Assembly (NCBI GenBank): GCA_044222185.1
Contig: JBGANV010000003.1
Span: 544,001-608,000 of the forward strand
DNA: 64,000 nucleotides
Direction of reading: 5' to 3'
Origin: Planctomycetota bacterium
GTDB taxonomy: Bacteria; Planctomycetota; GCA-002687715; CAIWVZ01
In this document: piece by piece, positions 19,001 through 26,549 of the stretch
Layout: each line of letters starts with the position of its first letter
Position numbering within the stretch: position 1 is the stretch's first letter
Notes under the pieces: generated by a model
Databases searched by the model: none
Told to the model about the DNA's origin: nothing
The model's input: only the letters and a program-made list of their open reading frames with translations
Program-made: the position numbers and the translations under genes

Positions 19001-20236
19001 GCCCCAGTCCGAGGTGGCCGAAACACCGATGACGTTCCAGTGTCCCGGCGCGAGCGTAGGGGTGAATGCGACCGGCGAGCACAAGAGCGGGAGCGAACCG
19101 GGCGCCGAGGCCGCGAGCGATTGGCAGGAGGTCTTGACGAGGTAGGCCGCCTGAACGGCAGGTTTGAAGATGCTCGTCGCCGTGTTCTGGTTCGAGCTCC
19201 CCAGGCACGCCTTGTGCGTCACGATGCCGTACGCGGCACCGGTCGCCGCGTCGTAGAGCGGGCCGCCGGAATTGCCGTGATCGACGTCCACGTCGAACGC
19301 GATTTGATCGCCAAGCCGGAAGAGGAACGGACCGCTCGCGGTCTGCTCGATCGAGTTGTAGGTGAGGTTCGGCGTGTCGTCGATGCCAAAGCCCGTCGCG
19401 ACGAGCACCGCCGGCGCCGTGGGATGGTCGTCGGCAAAGTAGAACACCTGCGGGTAGACGGCCGACACCGGCTGGTTGAACGAGTTGTTTCCGAGGCGCC
19501 CCATGGACCAGTCGTTGCCCGGACCGTTGTCGACGGTGGTGACGGACGAACGGATCACCGGGAACTGCTTCCAGATCGGCGGAGCGACGGGTGCGCCCCA
19601 AACCACCGAGTAGGGCACGTCGAACTCGGCGACGATCGACTGCGGCGCCGGATCCTCGGGGTGACAGTGACCCGCGGTGAAGAACAGGGAGTCCCCGCTC
19701 ACGAGCCACCCCGTACAGATCCCGACGTTCAATCCGCTGAAAGATACGAGCCGGAACGCCCGGTTGTCGGTCGTCGGGACGCGATCGTCGCTGCCGTTGC
19801 AGAGGTCATCGGTGCCGACGGGAGTCGTGGGGTAGAAGAACGCAACCGACGCGATGGTGATCGAGGCCGCGGAGCCTGGGACGACGCGCAACGTCACGTC
19901 GACGGAAGCGCCGTTGAACCAACCCGTGCCGTCGTTCCAATCGAGAAGCTGGCTGCGCGTGAGCGTCTGGACCTCGCCGTCACGCGTGCTCCGGACCGAC
20001 ACGGTGTCGTATGGAGACGCCATGGTTACGTCGACGAGTTGAAGGCGGAGCCCGACGGCCGGCGGGACGGTGACCGTGTGAGTCCACTCGATCGGTCCGG
20101 ATCCCGCCGTGTTGTCCACGAGGCCACTCGACGTTCCATCGAGCGCACTCCCGCAGGGGATCTCCGCCACCTGGCCCCAGACCGTGGAACACAGCACCAG
20201 CATCGCCGCCACGCCGACGTGGAGTTTCGCGTTCAT
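16097..20236 (-). CDS. Large secreted trypsin-like (S1) serine protease with three ~190-aa repeats, three IPT/TIG-like domains and a C-terminal domain
   Basis: AAGGAG RBS, ATG 20236, signal peptide MNAKLHVGVAAMLVLCSTVWGQ. Catalytic motifs TAGHC, NDW, GNSGGP. IPT-like motifs LLGANFVPGATVRVDG, VSGSAFIAG, VMGSGFVPSS. Confidence 0.85.
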   Translation of the reverse strand: MNAKLHVGVAAMLVLCSTVWGQVAEIPCGSALDGTSSGLVDNTAGSGPIEWTHTVTVPPAVGLRLQLVDVTMASPYDTVSVRSTRDGEVQTLTRSQLLDWNDGTGWFNGASVDVTLRVVPGSAASITIASVAFFYPTTPVGTDDLCNGSDDRVPTTDNRAFRLVSFSGLNVGICTGWLVSGDSLFFTAGHCHPEDPAPQSIVAEFDVPYSVVWGAPVAPPIWKQFPVIRSSVTTVDNGPGNDWSMGRLGNNSFNQPVSAVYPQVFYFADDHPTAPAVLVATGFGIDDTPNLTYNSIEQTASGPFLFRLGDQIAFDVDVDHGNSGGPLYDAATGAAYGIVTHKACLGSSNQNTATSIFKPAVQAAYLVKTSCQSLAASAPGSLPLLCSPVAFTPTLAPGHWNVIGVSATSDWGLRAGTAPGLTSNSSGDACEFLIQDGAQGLPAASTVQAYGAGSARIQHAVAVPLSIGVPVTTTWANTDVVQAFEVVSNGGLHDVTVAGDPTLTWFLYSAVGDSSWRTRTLATPAASATAGGNPVSFVSLSPGRCVLVVSRNGGAAGLANAALTVRVCNHVDELILTPGIPAAVTNGCQPFATYAFQNQTVPNVVSLASQGPWSLSIGTTTVTNAGPGCNVAVLNAPQGVTTDSGLFSANGGAPLAVADYALATPMASNAQVSSAIDAGHLHRALYLVPPTPGSYLVATAGDPSLRWAFFGPGAPGVWQSPAMAQAGGSVGHVSLPMNLATAVYTLVVWNDSGSASSQSMPFAVSVCGAAPTLPLTAATTTPVNTSLLCQPFTVTPWNGAWNVVGVSGPPDWNMQIGNVPSVLGGNACDFLVANGHGGPITATSGVLARVPTGSTATTAEHVYALFPSAPGTQSSLMPLGSFVRLHQFDVPSTGTYVVGMTGGASGWALFAPASGSGWRARSQANAGGAPSFVTMVLTPGPHAIVVFRDGGPATSVTPYSVTLDVSPNVPPTLTSSVPSTFEFDGQAVATSVTLLGANFVPGATVRVDGVVLPATFVSPGRLDVVLPASVLSSAGTRTIQATNPAPGGGNSATLAFVVTNAAPVLTASTPSAHVLGTGPLTLAVSGSAFIAGQSQIVVDGTPIPTTWNSTTGLAAVVPPSLSWPPRDALVTVQTPGPGGGTSAARTLTIIGQHITSLVPATVPPQPVGAPAVTVQVMGSGFVPSSVVLGNGLPLSTTYVTSGRLDATLPAGMTVLREIGGITVHVSTGSDSESNAVALRVGTGTNQGTIRLAPPSPAPGTSFSLFLEGGLPNAPITYVLDLGNPDPVGAFPESVTNLVLGVGSPGMLVLFDGSGVLAPPVPAAFAPDPNGTAPGGTFVLPGITMPSPALGVTLSAQALYPDPAAPLGFRLTWARRNLSF

Positions 20237-20390
20237 GTCTCGCTCCTTGCGGTGCCGCTTCCCTGAAACGACCGGGCAGGACTCGGCTTCCGCCCGATCG
20301 GCGGGAGACACCCGAGGCGTGCGCGACCGCTGGCACCGCGCGAAGCGCGCCGGCCACGCAAACAGGCTTCGGCGAACGCGCGCAGGTCTT

Positions 20391-22586
20391 TCAGCGGCCC
20401 GGAGGAATTTCCGGGCGCGACTCCGGTTCGTCGAATTCGCGGATTTCAGACCTCAACCGGTCCATCTGCGCGCGGATGTCGCGGTCCGGAAACGGGTGGG
20501 CGTCGTCCAGCGCCGCAAACTCCTGGATCCTCGCGAGAGCCTCGCGGGGCTGGCCAGCCTGGCTCGCGATCACGGCGGCGCTGTAGACGGCCCACAAGAG
20601 CTTGGGATCTCCGACAGGAACGATCTGTCGGAAGGTCTCGATGTGAGCCCGCGTCAGGGGAAGCGCGTCGGCGAACCGGCCCTGATTCGCGAGCGACTCG
20701 ATCAGGGACTGCGTCATGAGGCTCCGGAACATCACGGCCGCGGGTGTTTCGCCGGTCTCGTCGGCGATCGCCTTGCGGGCGACGGCTTCCGCCTCGGCGG
20801 CGTGCCCCGAAGAACCGAGGACCGACGCGAGCGTGATCCGCACCTGCCGCGATGCGCTCTCGCGACCATTCGGAGCGGCGTCGATGCGCGCCGCGATCTC
20901 GCGCAGGCGCGCGACGGCGCCTACCGGGTCGGTCCGAGCGTCGTCGGAAGCCACCGCCAGTTCGAGAGTCAGCACGCGCGGGTGCGAGGCGCCGAGGACC
21001 TCACGAAGTCGCGGGAGGAGTGGGCGCGCGATCGCAGCCGTCTCATCCCCCCTCGCGAGAGCCAGCGACGTCTCGGCTGCGAATGCCTCGAGTTCGAGCG
21101 CCATCGGGGAGTCGTCGCCGAACGTCTTCCGGGCCAGCGCGGCGGCGCGGAGGAACTGCTCCCTCGCCGGCTCCGCACGACTGAGCTTCACGAGGGACTC
21201 GGCGAGCGTTCCGCGCAACTCGATTTCGGTTTGAGCGTGCGCCGGAGGCGACGCATCGAGCCTGGCGAGGACGGATTCGATGAAGTCCACCATGGTGACG
21301 GATGGTCCGCGGCCCGTGGGTCGCGGCGCTGCAATGCCGTCGCGCAGGAGGTTCAAGGCCTCCACGGCCCGCTCGTGGGCGACCTCCGTCACGCGGAGCG
21401 ACTGCGTGAGATCGCCGCGAGCGACCTCGGCCTCACGCCACGAAACGAGTGCGACGACCGTCGACACCGCCAGCGCCGCAACGACGGTCACGACGGCGGC
21501 GACGGGCCATCGGTTTCGCGCGACGAAGCGCCGAACGACATACCATCGGTCGTCTCGGCGCGCGGCGATCGGGAGCCCCACCATCGCATGGCGGACGTCT
21601 TCTGCGAGTGCCGCCATGCTCTGGTAGCGGCGCGCCGGATCCTTCGCGAGCGCCTTCAACGCGATCGTGTCGAAGTCGGACGAGATCCCACCGTCGTGCG
21701 CGGACGGCGGGACGGGGTCCACCTCCGTCACCTGATGGATGAGCTTCCGCAGGTCTTCGGTCGTGGCGTGGGGCCGCACACCGGTGAGCAGCTCGTACAG
21801 CATCACGCCGGCGGCGTGGACATCGGCACGTGCGTCCACCCAGGCGCCACGATCCCCGAGCTGTTCGGGCGCCGCATAGGCGAGCGTGCCGACGAACTCG
21901 CCGGTGAGGGTGGACGCAATCGGCGCGGGGTGTTCGCCCCCGAGCCGCCGTGCGAGCCCGAAGTCGACCACACGCGCGTCGCCGCGGCGATCGACGAGCA
22001 CGTTCGCCGGCTTGAGATCGCGGTGGATGATCCCGTTCAGGTGCGCGTGATGGACGGCGTCGCAAACGGCCATGAATGCCCGGAGCCGGTCGGCGCGCGT
22101 GATGTCGCTGCGCCGACTCCAGCGGTCGAGACGCTCGCCGTCGACCAACTCCATCGCGAGCCAGGGAGTGCCGTCCGACGTCGTGCCGCCATCGAACACG
22201 GTGACCAGCCCGGGATGACGCAAGGATGCCGCCGTCTCGACCTCACGCTCGAAGCGTCGGTGTTCGGCCGACGACGAGTACCGACCACGGATCATGAGCT
22301 TCAATGCGACGGTCCGGCCCGTCGACGTCTGAACGGCGCGATGGATGACGCCCTGGCCGCCGCGATGCAGCTCCGGCCCCACGACGTAGCCTGGAATCGT
22401 CGTCGCCGCGTCGGGCCCTGGCCGAGGGTCGATTCCCGCAGCGAGTTCGTCGTTGGCCCGCAGCTCCGCCAGGGCGACCGTGCAGTCAGCGCACGCCGCG
22501 AGGTGGCCGCGCAGTTCCGCGTCGCGGTCGGTGGACAGCCGCCGCGCTTCCAGATCCTCGAGGTCTTCGATCGAGAGGCAACCCAT
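20391..22586 (-). CDS. Hanks-type Ser/Thr kinase with N-terminal zinc-finger anti-sigma motif, one TM helix and a helical/TPR-like C-terminus
   Basis: HLAACADC (HxxxCxxC), RGGQGVIH, VALK, HRDLKPANV, DFGLA, GTLAYAAPEQ. Confidence 0.92.
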   Translation of the reverse strand: MGCLSIEDLEDLEARRLSTDRDAELRGHLAACADCTVALAELRANDELAAGIDPRPGPDAATTIPGYVVGPELHRGGQGVIHRAVQTSTGRTVALKLMIRGRYSSSAEHRRFEREVETAASLRHPGLVTVFDGGTTSDGTPWLAMELVDGERLDRWSRRSDITRADRLRAFMAVCDAVHHAHLNGIIHRDLKPANVLVDRRGDARVVDFGLARRLGGEHPAPIASTLTGEFVGTLAYAAPEQLGDRGAWVDARADVHAAGVMLYELLTGVRPHATTEDLRKLIHQVTEVDPVPPSAHDGGISSDFDTIALKALAKDPARRYQSMAALAEDVRHAMVGLPIAARRDDRWYVVRRFVARNRWPVAAVVTVVAALAVSTVVALVSWREAEVARGDLTQSLRVTEVAHERAVEALNLLRDGIAAPRPTGRGPSVTMVDFIESVLARLDASPPAHAQTEIELRGTLAESLVKLSRAEPAREQFLRAAALARKTFGDDSPMALELEAFAAETSLALARGDETAAIARPLLPRLREVLGASHPRVLTLELAVASDDARTDPVGAVARLREIAARIDAAPNGRESASRQVRITLASVLGSSGHAAEAEAVARKAIADETGETPAAVMFRSLMTQSLIESLANQGRFADALPLTRAHIETFRQIVPVGDPKLLWAVYSAAVIASQAGQPREALARIQEFAALDDAHPFPDRDIRAQMDRLRSEIREFDEPESRPEIPPGR

Positions 22587-22594
22587 GGGTTCAG

Positions 22595-23185
22595 TCAGGT
22601 TTCGGCCAGCTCATCCAGTTCTTTCAGGAGAACGCGCAGGCGTTTCAGCACGCGGTGTTTGGCGATGAAGACGGCGTTGCGCGTCATGCCCAGCTCGACG
22701 GCGACGTCGGCGGGCACTCGCCCCTCGAGCTGGACGGCGGTGAAGGCGCGCCACGTGTTCGCGTCGACTTCGAGCGGCACGCGGGCGAGTGCCTGATCCA
22801 TGAGGTTCCGCTGCCAGGTCAGATCCCAGATCTCGAGCTGATCGCACTCGGCAACGGCAGGAACCCCGCCGCCATCCGTGTTCCCCGCCTTCTCGCGTGC
22901 GCGACGCGCGCGCTCGTCCCACGTCTGGCGGACCTTCATGCTCGCGATGCCGAAGAGCCACGAGCTGAGTCGCCCGCGGCCACGGACGAAGTTTCCACGC
23001 CTAAGCCCATCGAGGAAGGCGAGCAGTGTCTCCTGACACACGTCGTCCGCCTCGGCAGGCGTCAGTCCGAGTCTGGACGCCAGCACGAAGACGGGGCGGC
23101 GGAAGCGTGCGACGAGAGTCGCCCATGCGAGCTCGTCTCCAGCCTTCAGCTGGTCGATCATCAACGACGTGGTCAGCCACTCCAT
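22595..23185 (-). CDS. ECF RNA polymerase sigma factor
   Basis: TTSLMIDQLKAGDELAW, EADDVCQET, LSSWLFGIA, VAVELGMTRNAVFIAKHRVLKRLR; ATG at 23185. Confidence 0.92.
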   Translation of the reverse strand: MEWLTTSLMIDQLKAGDELAWATLVARFRRPVFVLASRLGLTPAEADDVCQETLLAFLDGLRRGNFVRGRGRLSSWLFGIASMKVRQTWDERARRAREKAGNTDGGGVPAVAECDQLEIWDLTWQRNLMDQALARVPLEVDANTWRAFTAVQLEGRVPADVAVELGMTRNAVFIAKHRVLKRLRVLLKELDELAET

Positions 23186-23343
23186 GTCGCGGCCATCGTA
23201 GCCGAGGCATGGGCCCCACGACGGACTGGTCATGCCGAGCCCGCAACGCGGGGGCCGGTGCGCAAGCGCCGTTGCGAGGAGCGCCCGGCGGTCACCGGCC
23301 TCGTCGAGGTGATCCAGCGGGCGTCACGGCGAGCCGGGGGAGA

Positions 23344-24759
23344 TCAGTACTCCTTGAAGACCTCGTCCTTCGCGTCGTCGTGGAAGTGCTTGATGTCGGT
23401 GCGGAAACGGTTCGACTTCCCATCGAGCGCTTCGACGCACGTCTTCGCGTACTCACGAAGCGCGAGGTCGCGCGCCTGATCGGCCAATCGTCGAAGCTTG
23501 TCGCCGAGTTTGGGCTGAAGCGCGATGAACTCCTTCGAGTTCGGCCGCGCGACCGTGCGCGAGTAGCCGTCCGTGGTTCCCGCTGCCCCCGGAATCGACC
23601 GCTCGTAGACGGGAGTCTTGGCGCGCAGGATGATCTCCGTCGCCACGTAACAGGCGACGGCTTGCACCGTCAGACACGTTCCCTTCTCGGCGATCTCGAT
23701 GATGAGGTCGAGCTGCTCCGGCGAGATGTCGATGTCCAGGCACGCGAGGAGCGCGTGCGTCCGCATGAGCGGTCCACCCGTCGTGAGGTTGGTCTGGTGG
23801 ATCTGGAGCATCTTCGCGTGGTCCTTGTCCATCTTCGCGATGGTCCGAAGGATCAACGCCCGCATGCGATCGGTGTTTTCGCGCAGGTAGCACGTGATCA
23901 TGGGCTCCACGCCCTCGACCACGCCCAGGTTGCGCAACGCGAACACGGCGTTGCGACGGAGCTGGCCGCTCGCATCGCCAAGCAGCGGGATGATGAGGGT
24001 GAGCGCGTTCAGGTTCTTGGCGTCCTTCGTCGCCTTGATGGCTTCCTGCCGCTTCACCTCCCCCGCCTCCGGCTTGAACTGCTCTGCGAGCAACTTCAGC
24101 GCGCGGGGGTCGTCGATCCTCGCCAGCTCGCGGATCGCGGGCTTGCGGATCGTGTCGCGGTTCGCGTTGGCGGCTTCGAAGAGGGCCTTGAGCTTCTCCG
24201 GCGCCACGGTCCCAGCCTTGTCCGCGTCGGCCACGCTGTCGAGCGCGAGCTGCATCTGCCCGGCGAGCTCGGCACCGTTCGTCATCCCGATGCGGCGGAA
24301 GATCAGGGATCGGTCCGGGCGGAGAAACACGAACTGGGCGGGCGTCGGGTTCGGGCTCTTCGAGACGGCTTGGCTCGTCTGGGTCCAGCTCGCCTGATGA
24401 TCCTTGCAGCGAGTCCCGGGGAAGCGGGCGCAGGACTGATCCTTGCCGGCCGCCTCGTGCACGTCGGGACTCCCCACGACCCACACGAATTTCTTGGCGA
24501 GCTTCAGGACAGCGGGGTCCATCAGGGCCTGGGTCACGATCGACTGACTCGCCTCGTCCGTCGCACGGTTGAAGTGCACGAGGATCAGGCGGTTCGACGC
24601 GCTCGCTTCCATGGCCGCCGAGTCGAAGCTCGCAACCCAGGTGATCCCAGTGGATGCGGCCTGAGAGCGGAGCCCAGGTGCCAGAGCGAGCATGAAAACG
24701 GCGGTGCGGACTGCGATCGCGAGAACGGCGTCGCGATCACCGCGGGCGGCATACGTCAT
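23344..24759 (-). CDS. Secreted protein with thioredoxin-like N-terminal domain and HEAT repeats
   Basis: ITWVASFDSAAMEASASNRLILVHF (Trx-like start); HEAT repeats such as LIIPLLGDASGQLRRNAVFALRNLG. Start codon uncertain. Confidence 0.65.
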   Translation of the reverse strand: MTYAARGDRDAVLAIAVRTAVFMLALAPGLRSQAASTGITWVASFDSAAMEASASNRLILVHFNRATDEASQSIVTQALMDPAVLKLAKKFVWVVGSPDVHEAAGKDQSCARFPGTRCKDHQASWTQTSQAVSKSPNPTPAQFVFLRPDRSLIFRRIGMTNGAELAGQMQLALDSVADADKAGTVAPEKLKALFEAANANRDTIRKPAIRELARIDDPRALKLLAEQFKPEAGEVKRQEAIKATKDAKNLNALTLIIPLLGDASGQLRRNAVFALRNLGVVEGVEPMITCYLRENTDRMRALILRTIAKMDKDHAKMLQIHQTNLTTGGPLMRTHALLACLDIDISPEQLDLIIEIAEKGTCLTVQAVACYVATEIILRAKTPVYERSIPGAAGTTDGYSRTVARPNSKEFIALQPKLGDKLRRLADQARDLALREYAKTCVEALDGKSNRFRTDIKHFHDDAKDEVFKEY

Positions 24760-24948
24760 GAACCAACGCTTTTGTTGACGGTCTCGACTGGCAGCGCCGA
24801 GGGCAGGTCGGCGGGGTTGGGCGTTCCGAGGGTCGGAGACTACTCCCCATCCCCGCGTTCGGTCAAGTGACACTCGGCTCGCGTTCGACTCCCATTCGAC
24901 GCGGCGCCGGCCAGGTTCGGCGGCCGCTGCCCCGTTCAGATGACCTCG

Positions 24949-25423
24949 TCAGCGAGGCTTCCGTGGCCGTCGCGTCCGCGCGTCGAGGCGCTCGACATCC
25001 GCAAGATCCTTGGGACGTCCCGCCGCCGGTCGTTGCGGATCAACGGAGCACGGCCGATGAACGTGACACGAACATCGTCGATCGTGTCCTCGCCCCGTGA
25101 ACGCCAGGCCTGCTCGAAGGACACACCGGAAATCGCCGTGAGGACGTCGATCCGGCGCGGCGGGAGGCCGATCTGGTACACCACGCCGGGCCGAGCGAAG
25201 TCTGCGACCGCCACACCTGCGGACTTCAAAGGAGCACGAGATTCCACGAGCGCGGAGTCGACCCGCTCGGCATTCTTCGTCGTCGGTCGGACGAAGAAAT
25301 CCATGTCGTCGACGCGGAGAGGTCGTCTTGGGGCTCGAAGCCGAGGACGAACATGCGAACGGGCCAGGCATTGCGGGCGCGAACGGCCCTGGGCCCGGCT
25401 GTTCTTCGGCTTCTCTTCGGCAT
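24949..25423 (-). pseudogene. Remnant of a small partner gene plus a minimal nucleotidyltransferase-like gene (deletion and frameshift)
   Basis: DMDFFVRPT..VYQIGLPPRRIDVLTAISGVSFEQAW..IGR..LIRN lies in one frame and the expected tail AAGRPKDLADVERL in another (shift near 25030). The N-terminus is replaced by a fragment WPVRMFVLGFEPQDDLSAST. Confidence 0.7.
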
Positions 25424-25514
25424 GGAGGCGCGACCTCATCAGGCAGCGGCAGCGTCGTGTTCCGTGCGGAAGGCGATCGACCCGCCGAGCACCGCACCGC
25501 CGGGCCACCGCGGT

Positions 25515-26495
25515 TTCAGGTCTTCCAACGCCCGCCGTGCCAGCTTTCAGGGGTAGGCCTCGTGGGGAGACGGCGCGACGCACCGCTCACAGGACGGCAC
25601 GGCCGCATCCTTGTCGCTCGCGACCTCGACGCGGAGGCCTTCGATGAACGCCTGGTCGTTCTCGACGCGGTCGGGCATGAGGTCCGCCGTCATCGCCTGC
25701 TCGAGGGCGACCGCGACTTCGTCGGTGGCGTGGGAACGGCACTCGGCCTGATCGACGTCGACGTCGTCCGCAGGCGACTTTGGTCACCCACGTCATGCGG
25801 TGACGGCGCCTTCCGGATCACCCGCTCGCGGCGTGGCGACTCCTGAACAGAACGCTGCTCGTCTACGCACCCCGCCGGGAGCCGGCTCCTCGCCGGCCAG
25901 TCGTTTCGACTCGGGGATGGCGTCGAGCGGGAAACCGGTCTCCAGTTGCAGTGCCGCCTTCTGAAGGCGGAACTCCGGCGCCGGGTCATGGGTGTCATCG
26001 AGCAACTTGCGCGCAGCGTCGAAGGGGCCCGTCGAACCATGCAGCTGGGCCTCGACGTGCCGCAGGCGATCGGCAGCCCTCGCTGCGGTGCGCGACCGCA
26101 GCGCCGCGATCTTGGCAACCGCACTCTCCGCATCGCCGCGCTCGGCAAGCGTCACGCCGGACGGCGTCGGGAAGCATGGCGCAATCGACACCGCGACTTC
26201 CCCGACCGACGGAGCGGAGCGCCTTGAGAATTCCCCAGAGAGCCGTCGGCATCGGAAACAGGCCGAAGGGCAACCCCCACCATCCGACGGCACCAGTCCT
26301 GACCGAGGGTCGGCCGATGGCTTCGGCCGTGCAGTCGGGACACTTGCGATGAGCGAACGTCCGCCAGGACGTCATCACGACGATCTGACGACGCGACACG
26401 AGGCCGTCGTGACGGCGCCCGGCACACCGCGGATCTCACACCCGTCGGATAGGGCGCGCGCGTCCGCCTCGCCTCGTCGCGGATATCGATCCACG
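25515..26495 (-). pseudogene. Decayed tandem paralogue of the adjacent GYF/Zn-ribbon/TPR membrane protein gene
   Basis: Collinear fragments in several frames match 26550-28214: VMTSWRTF..KCPDC..GWWGLPFGL, GVTLAERGDAESAV, and NDQAFIEGLRVEVASDKDAAV..ERCVAPSPHEAYP*KLARRALEDL (stop at 25547-25549). Confidence 0.8.
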
Positions 26496-26549
26496 TCCGG
26501 TCCGCTGATGAGGGTCGGAGAGAATCACCGGCCGCGCGGACGCGGATGC

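Noticed and set aside
25547-25549. In-frame TGA as selenocysteine or programmed readthrough
   Set aside because: It aligns to Tyr in the intact paralogue and lies in a region with several frameshifts and deletions.
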